A stretch of DNA of 64,000 nucleotides from Eledone cirrhosa (Eukaryota): positions 98,642,001 through 98,706,000 of the forward strand of contig OZ024744.1 in assembly GCA_964016885.1 (NCBI GenBank), written 5' to 3'. The notes below the pieces were generated by a model. It saw nothing but the letters and a program-made list of their open reading frames with translations, made no database searches and had not been told where the DNA came from. Position 1 is the first letter of the stretch. Each line of letters starts with the position of its first letter. This document shows, one piece after another, positions 51,240-64,000 of this stretch. A program made the translations under genes and the position numbers.

Positions 51240-52054
51240 GGCATCACTCAGCAAGACCTTTGTTAGCCGCTCTCCAGCTATCTATTAAAAACTGTATACA
51301 GCTATGGTACGACCACACTTGGAATTCGCATCATCAGTCTGGAACCCCTATCTTGCTCAGAACATTGAACTCCTGGAAACTGTTCAGAGACGTGCAACCA
51401 GGCGTATACCCTCCATCAGACACCTACCATACTCTGAACGCCTTGCTTCCCTGGGCATGGATTCATTGAAGCTCCGACGTCTGGCAGTAGACTTGGTGAA
51501 TACCCACAAAGTTATTAACCATCTCGCCAATTGCAACCCCGAGCACCTTTTTGATCTCCATGTGTCTAACACACGTGGACATGCCTACAAAATCAGAAAA
51601 CAGCACAGCTCCCATGACTTTCGTAGACATTTTTTCACGCTCAGAGTTGCAGAAGCATGGAACAGACTGCTTGCGTCAGTTGTTAGCTGCCGAGACACTG
51701 CATCCTTTAAGACACTCATGCTTCCCGAAATACGCCAAAACTACACCTGATGTACCCCTTCCATACACATGCACACGTGTGTATCATGACTCGTGCACTG
51801 TTCATTTTCCTGATGTTTGTGCATTGCCCTATGTACTGTACATGCACTTTTTGATGAGTTGTGGTGCACCTGGGCACTGTACACAATATTTCATTGTTAT
51901 TATTGTTATTATTAGTATATCATGACTCATACACTGTTCATTTTCCTGACATTTGTACATTGTTCTATGTACTATACATGCACCTTTGATGAGTTGTAGT
52001 GCACCTGAGCACTGTACACAATAATTTCATTATTATTATTATTATTATTATTAT
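51240..52054 (+). mobile_element. CR1 3' fragment in satellite, copy 1
   Basis: MVRPHLEFASSVWNPYLAQNIELLETVQRRATR...NTRGH..FFTLRVAEAWN; doubled 3' UTR end; (ATT)n tail. Confidence 0.92.
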
Positions 52055-52378
52055 ATAACCCTATCAGAACAACTATTAGGGCCAGTAATATTTATTAAGC
52101 ACTATTCCAAAGATTCACCACAACTTCTTTCCATAACATGTAACTGGGAAATTATAACACACATAACCCTATCAGAACAACTATTAGGGCCGGTAATATT
52201 TATTAAACACTATTCCAAAGATTCACCACCACTTCTTTCCATAACAGGGAACTGGGAAATTATAACACACATAACCCTATCAGAAAAACTGTTAGGGCCA
52301 TTAATATTTATTAAGGACTATTCCAAAGATTCACCACAACTTCTTTCCATAACATGGAACTGGGAGATTATAACACAC

Positions 52379-53167
52379 GGCATCACTCAGCAAGACCTTT
52401 GTTAGCCGCTCTCCAGCCATCTATTAAAAACTGTATACAGCTATGGTACGACCACACTTGGAATTCGCATCATCAGTCTGGAACCCCTATCTTGCTCAGA
52501 ACATTGACCTCCTGGAAACTGTTCAGAGACGTGCAACCAAGCGCATACCCTCCATCAGACACCTACCATACTCTGAACGCCTTGCTTCCCTGGGCATGGA
52601 TTCATTGAAGCTCCGACGTCTGGCAATAGACTTGGTGAATACCCACAAAGTTATTAACCATCTCGCCAATTGCAACCCTGAGCACCTTTTTGATCTCCAT
52701 GTGTCTAACACACGTGGACATGCCTACAAAATCAAAATACAGCACAGCTCCCATGACTTTCGTAGACATTTTTTCACGCTCAGAGTTGCTGAAGCATGGA
52801 ACAGACTGCTTGCGTCAGTTGTTAGCTGCCGAGACACTGCATCCTTTAAGACACTCATGCTTCCCGAAATACGCCAAAACTACACCTAATGTACCCCTTC
52901 CATACACATGCACACATGTGTGTATCATGACTCGTGCTCTGTTCATTTTCCTGATGTTTGTGCATTGCCCTATGTACTGTACATGCACTTTTTGATGAGT
53001 TGTGGTGCACCTGGGCACTGTACACAAAATTTCATTGTTATTATTGTTATTATTAGTATATCATGACTCATACACTGTTCATTTTCCTGACATTTGTACA
53101 TTGTTCTATGTACTATACATGCACCTTTGATGAGTTGTAGTGCACCTGAGCACTGTACACAATAATT

Positions 53168-53201
<34 letters not shown>
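52379..53201 (+). mobile_element. CR1 3' fragment in satellite, copy 2
   Basis: Same junctions and 148-aa ORF as copy 1. Confidence 0.92.
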
Positions 53202-53204
<3 letters not shown>

Positions 53205-54819
53205 ACCCTATCAGAACAAATATTAGGGCCGGTAATATTTATTAAGCACTATTCCATAGATTCACCACAACTTCTTTCCATAACATGGAACTGGGAAATT
53301 ATAACACACATAACCCTATCAGAACACCTATTAGGGCCATTAATATTTATTAAGCACTATTCCAGAATTCACCACCACTTCTTTCCATAACATGTAACTG
53401 GGAAATTACAATACACATAACCCTATCAGAACAACTATTAGGGCCATTAATATTTATTAAACACTATTCCAAAGATTCATCACAACTTCTTCCATTAACA
53501 TGGAACTGGGAAATTATAGCACACATAATCCTATCAGAACACTTTTTAGGGCCAGTAATATTTATTAAGCACTATTCCAAAGATTCACCACAACTTCTTT
53601 CCATAACATGTAACTGGGAAATTATAACACACATAACCCTATCAGAACAACTATTAGGGTCAGTAATATTTATTTAAGCACTATTCCAAAGGTTCACCGG
53701 AACTTCTCACCATAACATGTAACTGGGAAATTATAACACACATAACCCTATCAGAACAACTATTAGGGCCGGTAATATTTATTAAGCACTATTCCATAGA
53801 TTCACCACAACTTCTTTCCATGACAAGTAACTTGGAAATTATAACACACATAACCCTATCAGAACACCTATTAGGGCCATTAATATTTATTAAGCACTAT
53901 TCCAAAATTCACCACCACTTCTTTCCATAACATGGAACTGGGAAATTATAACACACATAACCCTATCAGAACACCTATTGGGGCCATTAATATTTATTAA
54001 GCACTATTCCAAAGATTCACCACAACTTCTTTCCATAACATGTAACTGGGAAATTACAATACACATAACCCTATCAGAACAACTATTAGGGCCATTAATA
54101 TTTATTAAACACTATTCCAAAGATTCATCACAACTTCTTCCATTAACATGGAACTGGAAATTATAGCACACATAACCCTATCAGAACAATTATTAGGGCC
54201 AGTAATATTTATTAAACACTATTCCAAAGATTCACGACAAATTTTTTACATAACATGGAACTGGGAAATTATAGCACAAATAACCCTATCAGAACAACTA
54301 TTAGGGTCAGTAATATTTATTAAGCACTATTCCAAAGATTCACCAGAACTTCTCTCCATAGCATGTAACTGGGAAATTATAACACACATAACCCTATCAG
54401 AACAACTATTAGGGCCAGTAATATTTATTAAGCACTATTTCAAAGATTCACCACAACTTCTTTCCATAACATGGAACTGGGAAATTATAACACACATAAC
54501 CCTATCAGAACAACTATTAGCGCCAGTAATATTTATTAAACACTATTCCAAAGATTCACCACAACTTCTTTCGATAACATGTGACTGGGAAATTATAACA
54601 CACATAACCCTATCAGAACACCTATTAGGGCCATTAATATTTATTAAACACTATTCCAAAGATTCACCACCACTTCTTTCCATAACATGGAACTGGGAAA
54701 TTATAACACACATAACCCTATCAGAAAAACTGTTAGGGCCATTAATATTTATTAAGCACTATTCCAAAGATTCACCACAACTTCTTTCCATAACATGGAA
54801 CTGGGAAATTATAACACAC

Positions 54820-55639
54820 GGCATCACTCAGCAAGACTTTTGTTAGCCGCTCTCCAGCCATCTATTAAAAACTGTATACAGCTATGGTACGACCACACTT
54901 GGAATTCGCATCATCAGTCTGGAACCCCTATCTTGCTCAGAACATTGACCTCCTGGAAACTGTTCAGAGACGTGCAACCAAGCGCATAACCTCCATCAGA
55001 CACCTACCATACTCTGAATGCCTTGCTTCCCTGGGCATGGATTCATTGAAGCTCCGACGTCTGGCAATAGGCTTGGTTAATACCCACAAAGTTATTAACC
55101 ATCTCGCCAATTGCAACCCTGAGCACCTTTTTGATCTCCATGTGTCTAACACACGTGGACATGCCTACAAAATCAAAAAACAGCACAGCTCCCATGACTT
55201 TCGTAGACATTTTTTCACGCTCAGAGTTGCTGAAGCATGGAACAGACTGCTTGCGTCAGTTGTTAGCTGCCGAGACACTGCATCCTTTAAGACACTCATG
55301 CTTCCCGAAATACGCCAAAACTACACCTAATGTACCCCTTCCATACACATGCACACATGTGTGTATCATGACTCGTGCTCTGTTCATTTTCCTGATGTTT
55401 GTGCATTGCCCTATGTACTATACATGCATTTTTTGATGAGTTGTGGTGCACCTGGGCACTGTACACAAAATTTCATTGTTATTATTGTTATTATTAGTAT
55501 ATCATGACTCATACACTGTTCCTTTTCCTGACATTTGTACATTGTTCTATGTACTATACATGCACCTTTGATGAGTTGTAGTGCACCTGAGCACTGTACA
55601 CAATAATTTCATTATTATTATTATTATTATTTTTATTAT
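54820..55639 (+). mobile_element. CR1 3' fragment in satellite, copy 3
   Basis: Same junctions and 148-aa ORF as copies 1 and 2. Confidence 0.92.
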
Positions 55640-58600
55640 ATAACCCTATCAGAACAACTATTAGGGCCAGTAATATTTATTAAGCACTATTCCATAGATT
55701 CACCACAACTTCTTTCCATAACAAGTAACTTGGTAATTATAACACACATAAGCCTATCAGAACCACTATTAGGGCCATTAATATTTATTAAGCACCATTC
55801 CAAAGATTCACCACAACTTCTTTCCATAACAGGGAACTGGGAAATTATAACACACATAACCCTATCAGAACAACTATTAGGGCCATTAATATTTATTAAA
55901 CACTATTCCAAAGATTCATCACAACTTCTTCCATTAACATGGAACTGGAAATTATAGCACACATAACCCTATCAGAACAATTATTAGGGCCAGTAATATT
56001 TATTAAACACTATTCCAAAGATTCACGACAAATTTTTTACATAACATGGAACTGGGAAATTATAGCTCAAATAACCCTATCAGAACAGCTATTAGGGTCA
56101 GTAATATTTATTAAGCACTATTCCAAAGATTCACCAGAACTTCTCTCCATAACATGTAACTGAGAAATTATAACACACATAACCCTATCAGAACAACTAT
56201 TAGGGCCATTAATATTTATTAAGCACTATTCCAAAGATTCACCACAACTTCTTTCCTTAACATGGAACTAGGAAATTATAACACACATAACCCTATCAGA
56301 ACACCTATTAGGGCCAGTAATATTTATTAAACACTATTCCAAAGATTCACCACAACTTCTTTCCATAACATGGAACTGGGAAATTATAACACACATAATC
56401 CTATCAGAACACTTTTTAGGGCCAGTAATATTTATTAAGCACTATTCCAAAGATTCACCACAACTTCTTTCCATAACATGTAACTGGGAAATTATAACAC
56501 ACATAACCCTATGAGAACAACTATTAGGGCCATTAATATTTATTAAGTACGATTCCAAAGATTCACCACCACTTCATTTCATAACATGGAACTGGGAAAT
56601 AATAGCACACATAATCCTATCAGAACACTTTTTAGGGCCAGTAATATTTATTAAGCACTATTCCAAAGATTCACCACAACTTCTTTCCATAACATGTAAC
56701 TGGGAAATTATAACACAAATAACCCTATCAGAACAACTATTAGGGACAGTAATATTTATTTAAGTACTATTCCAAAGGTTCACCAGAACTTCTCTCCATA
56801 ACATGTAACTGGGAAATTATAACACACATAACCCTATCAGAACAACTATTAGGGCCATTAATATTTATTTAGCACTGTTCCAAAGATTCACCACAACTTT
56901 TTCCATAACATGGAACTGGGAAATTATAACACACATAACCCTATCAGAACACCTATTAGGGCCAGTAATATTTATTAAACACTATTCCAAACATTCACCA
57001 CAAATTCTTTCCATAACATGGAACTGAGAAATTATAACACACATAACCCTATCAGAACAACTATTAGGGCCATTAATATTTATTAAACACTATTCCAAAG
57101 ATTCACCACAACTTCTTTCCATAACATGTAACTTAGGAAATTATAACACACATATCCCTATGAAAACAACTATTAGGGCAATTAATATTTATTAAACACT
57201 ATTCCAAAGTTTCACCACAACTTCTTCCCATAACATGGAACTGGGAAATTATAGCACACATAACCCTATCAGAACAACTATTAGGGCCATTAATATTTAT
57301 TAAACACTATTCCAAAGATTCACCACAAATTTTTTCGATAACATGGAACTGGGAAATTATAGCACACATAACCCTATCAGAACAATTATTAAGGCCATTA
57401 ATATTTATTAAACACTATTCCAAAGATTCACCACAAATTTTTTCGATAACATGGAACTGGGAAATTATAGCACACATAACCCTATCAGAACAACTATTAG
57501 GGTCAGTAATATTTATTAAGCACTATTCTAAAGATTCACCACAACTTCTTCCCATAACATGGAACTGGGAAATTATAGCACACATAACCCTATCAGAACA
57601 ACTATTAGGGCCATTAATATTTATTAAACACTATTCCAAAGATTCACGAGAAATTTTTTACATAACATGGAACTGGGAAATTATAGCTCAAATAACCCTA
57701 TCAGAACAGCTATTAGGGTCAGTAATATTTATTAAGCACTATTCCAAAGATTCACCAGAACTTCTCTCCATAACATGTAACTGAGAAATTATAACACACA
57801 TAACCCTATCAGAACAACTATTAGGGCCATTAATATTTATTAAACACTATTCCAAAGATTCACCACAACTTCTTTCCATAACATAGAACTGGTAAATTAT
57901 AACACACATAACCCTATCAGAACACCTATTAGGGCCAGTAATATTTATTAAACACTATTCCAAAGATTCACCACAACTTATTTCCATAACATGTAACTGG
58001 GAAATTATAACACACATAACCCTATGAGAACAACTATTAGGGCCATTAATATTTATTAAGCACTATTCCAAAGATTCACCGGAACTTCTCACCATAACCT
58101 GTAACTGGGAAATTATAACAGACATAACCCTATCAGAACAACTATTAGGGTCAGTAATATTTATTAAGCACTATTCCAAAGATTCACCAGAACTTCTCTC
58201 CATAACATGTAACTGGGAAATTATAACACACATAACCCTATCAGAAAAACTATTAGGGTCATTAATATTTATTAAACACTATTCCAAAGATTCACCTCAA
58301 CTTTCCATAACATGTAACTGGGAAATTATAACACACATAACCCTATCAGAACAACTATTAGGGTCAGTAATATTTATTAAACACTATTCCAAACATTCAC
58401 CTCAACTTCTTTCCATAACACGGAACTGGGAAATTATAACACACATAACCCTATGAGAACAACTATTAGGGTCAGTAATATTTATTTAAGAATAATTCCA
58501 AAGATTCACCACAACTTCTTTCCATAACATGGAACTGGTAAATTATAACACACATAACCCTATCAGAACAGCTATTAGGGCCATTAATATTTATTAATCA

Positions 58601-61600
58601 CTATTCCAAAATTCACCACCATTTCTTTCCATAACATGTAACTGGGAAATTATAACACACATAACCCTATCAGAACAACTATTAGGGCCAGAAATATTTA
58701 TTAAGTACTCTTCCAAAGATTCACCACAACTTCTTTCCATAACATGTAACTGGGAAATTATAACACACATAACCCCATGAGAACAACTATTAAGGCCATT
58801 AATATTTATTAAACACTATTCCAAAGATTCATCACAACTTCTTCCCATAACATGGAACTGGGAAATTATAGCACACATAACCCTATCACAACAACTATTA
58901 GGGTCAGTAATATTTATTAAGCACTATTCCAAACATTCACCACAAACTCCTTCCATAACATGTAACTTAGGAAATTATAACACACATAACTCTATCAGAA
59001 CAATTATTAAGGCCAGTAATAACACTATTCCAATGATTCACCACAAATTTTTTGCATAACATGTAACTGGGAAATTATAACACACATAACCCTATCAGAA
59101 CAACTATTAGGGCCATTAATATATATTAAGTACTCATCCAAAGATTCACCACCACTTCTTTCCATAACATGTAACTGGGAAATTATAACACACATAACCC
59201 TATCAGAACAACTATTAGGGCCATTAATATTTATTAAACACTATTCCAAAGGTTCACCACAACTTCTTTCCCTAACATGGAACTGGGAAATTATAACACA
59301 CATAACCCTATCAGAACAACTATTAGGGTCAGTAATATTTATTAAGCACTATTCCAAAGATTCACCAGAACTTCTCTTCATAACATGTACCTTGGAAATT
59401 ATAACACACATAACCCTATGAGAACAACTATTAGGGCCAGTAATATTTATTAAGCACTATTCCAAAGATTCACCACAACTTCTTCCCATAACTTGTAACT
59501 GGGAAATTATAACACACATAACCCTATCAGAACAACTATTAGGGCCATTAATATTTATTAAACACTATTCCAAAGATTCACCACAACTGCTTTCCATAAC
59601 ATGGAACTCGGAAATTATAACACACATAACCCTATCAGAACAACTATTAGCGCCAGTAATATTTATTAAGCACTATTCCAAGGATTCACCACAACTTCTT
59701 TCCATAACATGGAACTCGGAAATTATAACACACATAACCCTATCAGAACACCTATTAGAGCCATTAATATTTATTAAGCACTATTCCAAAGATTCACAAC
59801 AACTTCTTTCCATAACATGGAACAGGGAAATTGTAAAACACATTATCCTATCAGAACAACTCTTAGGGCCATTAATATTTATTAAACACTATTCCAAAGG
59901 TTCACCACAACTTCTTTCCATAACATGGAACTCGGAAATTATAACACACATAACCCTATCAGAACAACTCTTAGGGCCATTAATATTTATTAAGTACTAT
60001 TCCAAAGATTCACCACAACTGCTTTCCATAACATGGAACTGGGAAATATAACACACATAACTCTATGAGAACAACTATTAGGGCCATTAATATTTATTAA
60101 GCACTATTCCAAAGGTTCACCACAACTGCTTTCCATAACATGGAACTGGGAAATATAACACACATAACCCTATGAGAACAACTATTAGGGCCATTAATAT
60201 TTATTAAGCACTATTCCAAATATTCACCACAAATTTTTTCAATAACATGTAACTGCGAAATTACAATACACATAACCCTATCAGAACAACTATTAGGGCC
60301 AGAAATATTTATTAAGTACTCTTCCAAAGATTCACCACCACTTCTTTCCATAACATGTAACTGGGAAATTACAACACACATAACCCTATGAGAACAACTA
60401 TTAGGGCCATTAATATTTATTAAACACTATTCCAAAGGTTCACGACAACTTCTTCCCAAAACATGGAACTGGGAAATTATAGCACACATAACCCTATCAG
60501 AACAATTATTAGGGCCAGAAATATTTATTAAACACTATCTCAAAGATTAACCAGAAATTATTTCCATAACATGTAATTGGAAAATTATAACACACATAAC
60601 CCTATGAGAACAACTATTAGGGCCATTAATATTTATTAAATACTATTCCAAAGATTCACCACAACTTCTTTCCAAAATATGGAACTGGGAAATTATAACA
60701 CACATAACCCTATCAGAACAACTGTTAGGGCTAGTAATATTTGTTAAGCACTATTCCAAAGATTCACCACCATTTCTTTCCATAACATGGAACTGGGAAA
60801 TTATAACACACATAATCCTATCAGAACACTTTTTAGGGCCAGTAATATTTATTAAGCACTATTCCAAACATTCACCACAACTTCTTTCCACAACATGTAA
60901 CTGGGAAATTCTAACACACATAACCCTATCAGAACAACTATTAGGGCCATTAATATTTATTAAACACTATTCCAAAGATTCACCAGAACTTCTCTCCATA
61001 ACATGTAACAGGGAAATTATAACACACATAACTCTATCAGAACACCTATTATGGCCATTAATATTTATTAAGTACTATTCCAAAGATTCACCACCACTTC
61101 TTTCCATAACATGTAACTGGGAAATTATAACACACATAACCCTATTAGAACACCTATTGGGGCCATTAATATTTATTAAAGACTATTCCAAAGATTCACC
61201 ACAAATACTTTCTATAACATATAACTGGGAAATTATAACACACATAACCCTATGAGAACAACTATTAGGGCCATTAATATTTATTAAACACTATTCCAAA
61301 GATTCACCACAACTTCTTCCCATAACATGGGACTGGTAAATTATAGCACACATAACCCTATCAGAACAACTATTAGGGCCATTAATATTTATTAAACACT
61401 ATTCCAAAGATTCACCACAACTTCTTTCCATAACATGGAACTGGGAGATTATAGCACACATAACCCTATCAGAACAACTATTAGGGTCAGTAATATTTAT
61501 TAAACACTATTCCAAAGATTCACCACCACTTCTTTCCATAACATGTAACTGGGAAATTATAACACACATAACCCTATCAGAACAACTATTAGGGCCAGTA

Positions 61601-64000
61601 ATATTTATTAAACACTATTCCAAACACTCACCACAAATTCTTTCCATAACATGGAACTTAGAAATTACAATACATATAACCCCATCAGAACAACTATTAG
61701 GGCCAGAAATATTTATTAAGTACTCTTCCAAAGATTCACCACCACTTCTTTCCATAACATGTAACTGGGAAATTATAACACATATGACCCTATGAGAACA
61801 ACTATTAGGGCCATTAATATTTATTAAACACTATTCCAAAGATTCACGATAACTTCTTCCCATAACATGGAACTGGGAAATTATAGCACACATAACCCTA
61901 TCAGAACAATTATTAGGGCCAGAAATATTTATTAAACACTATCCCAAAGATTAACCAGAAATTATTTCCATAACATGTAACTGGAAAATTATAACACACA
62001 TAACCCTATGAGAACAACTATTAGGGCCATTAATATTTATTAAATACTATTCCAAAGATTCACCACAACTTCTTTCCAAAATATGGAACTGGGAAATTAT
62101 AACACACATAACCCTATCAGAACAACTGTTAGGGCTAGTAATATTTGTTAAGCACTATTCCAAAGATTCACCACAATTTCTTTCCATAACATGTAAATAG
62201 GAAATTATAACACACATAACCCTATCAGAACAACTATTAGGGCCATTAATATTTATTAAAGACTATTCCAAAGATTCACCACAACTTCTTCCCATAACAT
62301 GGGACTGGTAAATTATAGCACTCATAACCCTATCAGAACAACTATTAGGGCCATTAATATTTATTAAACACTATTCCAAAGATTCACCACCACTTCTTTC
62401 CATAGCATGGAGCTGGGAAATTATAACACACATAATCCTATCAGAACACTTTTTAGGGCCAGTAATATTTATTAAGCACTATTCCAAACATTCACCACAA
62501 CTTCTTTCCACAACATGGAACTGGGAGATTATAGCACACATAACCCTATCAGAATAACTATTAGGGCCATTAATATTTATTAAACACTATTCGAAAGATT
62601 CACCACAACTTCTTCCCATAACATGGGACTGGTAAATTATAGCACACATAACCCTATCAGAACAACTATTAGGGCCATTAATATTTATTAAACACTATTC
62701 GAAAGATTCACCTAAACTTCTTTACATAACATGGAACTGGGAGATTATAGCACACATAACCCTATCAGAACAACTATTAGGGTCAGTAATATTTATTAAA
62801 CACTATTCCAAAGATTCACCACCACTTCTTTCCATAACATGTAACTGGGAAATTATAACACACATAACCCTATCAGAACAACTATTAGGGCCAGTAATAT
62901 TTATTAAGCACTATTCCAAAGATTCACAACAACTTCTTTCCATAACATGGAAGTGGGAGATTATAGCACACATAACCCTATGAGAACAACTATTAGGGCC
63001 ATTAATATTTATTAAACACTATTCCAAAGATTCACCACAACTTCTTTCCATAACATGTAACTGGGAAATTATAACACACATAACTATATCAGAACAACTA
63101 TTAGGGCCATTAATATTTATTAAACACTATTCCAAAGATTCACCACAACTTCTTTCCATAACATGTAACCGGGAAATTATAACACAGAGAAACCTATCAC
63201 AACAACTGTTAGGGCCAGTAATATTTATTAAACAATATTCAAAGATTCACCACAACATCTTTCCATAACATGTAACTGGGAAATTATAACACACATAACC
63301 CTATCAGAACAAATATTAGGGCCAATAATATATATTAAGTACTCATCCAAAGATTCACCACAACTTCTTTCCATAACATGGAACTGGGAAATTGTAACAC
63401 ACGTAACCCTATCAGAACACCTATTAGGGCCATTAATATTTATTAAGCACTATTCCAAAGATTCACCACCACTTCTTTCTATAACATGGTACTGGGAAAT
63501 TATAACACACATAATCCTATCAGAACACTTTTGAGGGCCAGTAATATTTATTAAGCACTATTCCAAAGATTCATCACAACTTCTTTCCATAACATGTAAC
63601 TGGGCAATTATAACACACATAACCCTATCAGAACAACTATTAAAGTCAGTAATATTTATTTAGCACTATTCCAAGAATTCACCACAAATTCTTTCCATAA
63701 CATGGAACTTGGAAATTATAACACACATAACCCTATCAGAACAAATATTAGAGCCATTAATATTTATTAAGCACTATTGCAAAGATTCACCATAACTTCT
63801 TTCCATAACATGGAACTTCGAAATTATAACACACACAAACCTATCAGAACGGCTATTAGGGCCATTAATATTTATTAAGTACTATTCCAAAGATTCACCA
63901 CAAATTCTTTCCATAATATGGAACTGGGAAATTATAACACACAAAACCCTATCAGAACACCTATTAGGGCCATTAATATTTATTAAATACTATTCCAAAA

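Larger units (their letters stand above)
50712..64000. repeat. 108-bp satellite array (about 100 monomers visible, continues past the window end)
   Basis: Consensus ataaccctatcagaacaactattagggccattaatatttattaagcactattccaaagattcaccacaacttctttccataacatggaactgggaaattataacacac (108 nt). Confidence 0.98.

Noticed and set aside
51304-55330. Three 148-aa ORFs as a tandem gene family
   Set aside because: They are CR1 ORF2 C-terminal fragments with LINE tails.
50712-64000. Satellite as a 36-aa repeat protein, a CRISPR array or a ribozyme array
   Set aside because: Frequent stops and frameshifts, no unique spacers, and the minus-strand CTGATAG does not fit CUGANGA.

Overview
AT-rich, repeat-dense animal genomic DNA; the SINE/RTE families and microsatellite load suggest a cephalopod (octopus-like) genome, which is an inference. 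The only host gene I can support is the 3' end of a SETD1/Set1 histone H3K4 methyltransferase on the + strand. It has four GT-AG coding exons (996-1102, 5352-5462, 8552-8809, 21676-21849) encoding the WIN motif, n-SET RxxxRR, SET and post-SET. The rest is decayed mobile DNA (RTE, CR1 and I-group LINEs, tRNA-derived SINEs, DD37D and mariner transposons, piggyBac/hAT/pogo-type MITEs), two intronic minisatellites, and a 108-bp satellite running from about 50.7 kb off the window end. The most notable unannotated signal is a set of short non-coding elements sitting in or next to (TA)n/(CA)n tracts. Each is an inverted repeat plus a one-sided tail, and many fold by eye into type I hammerhead ribozymes (Penelope-like pseudo-LTR/retrozyme architecture). 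Some have long or branched stem II domains, and one family has a fixed U4A core change. All folds and coordinates were derived by eye; repeat boundaries are approximate.
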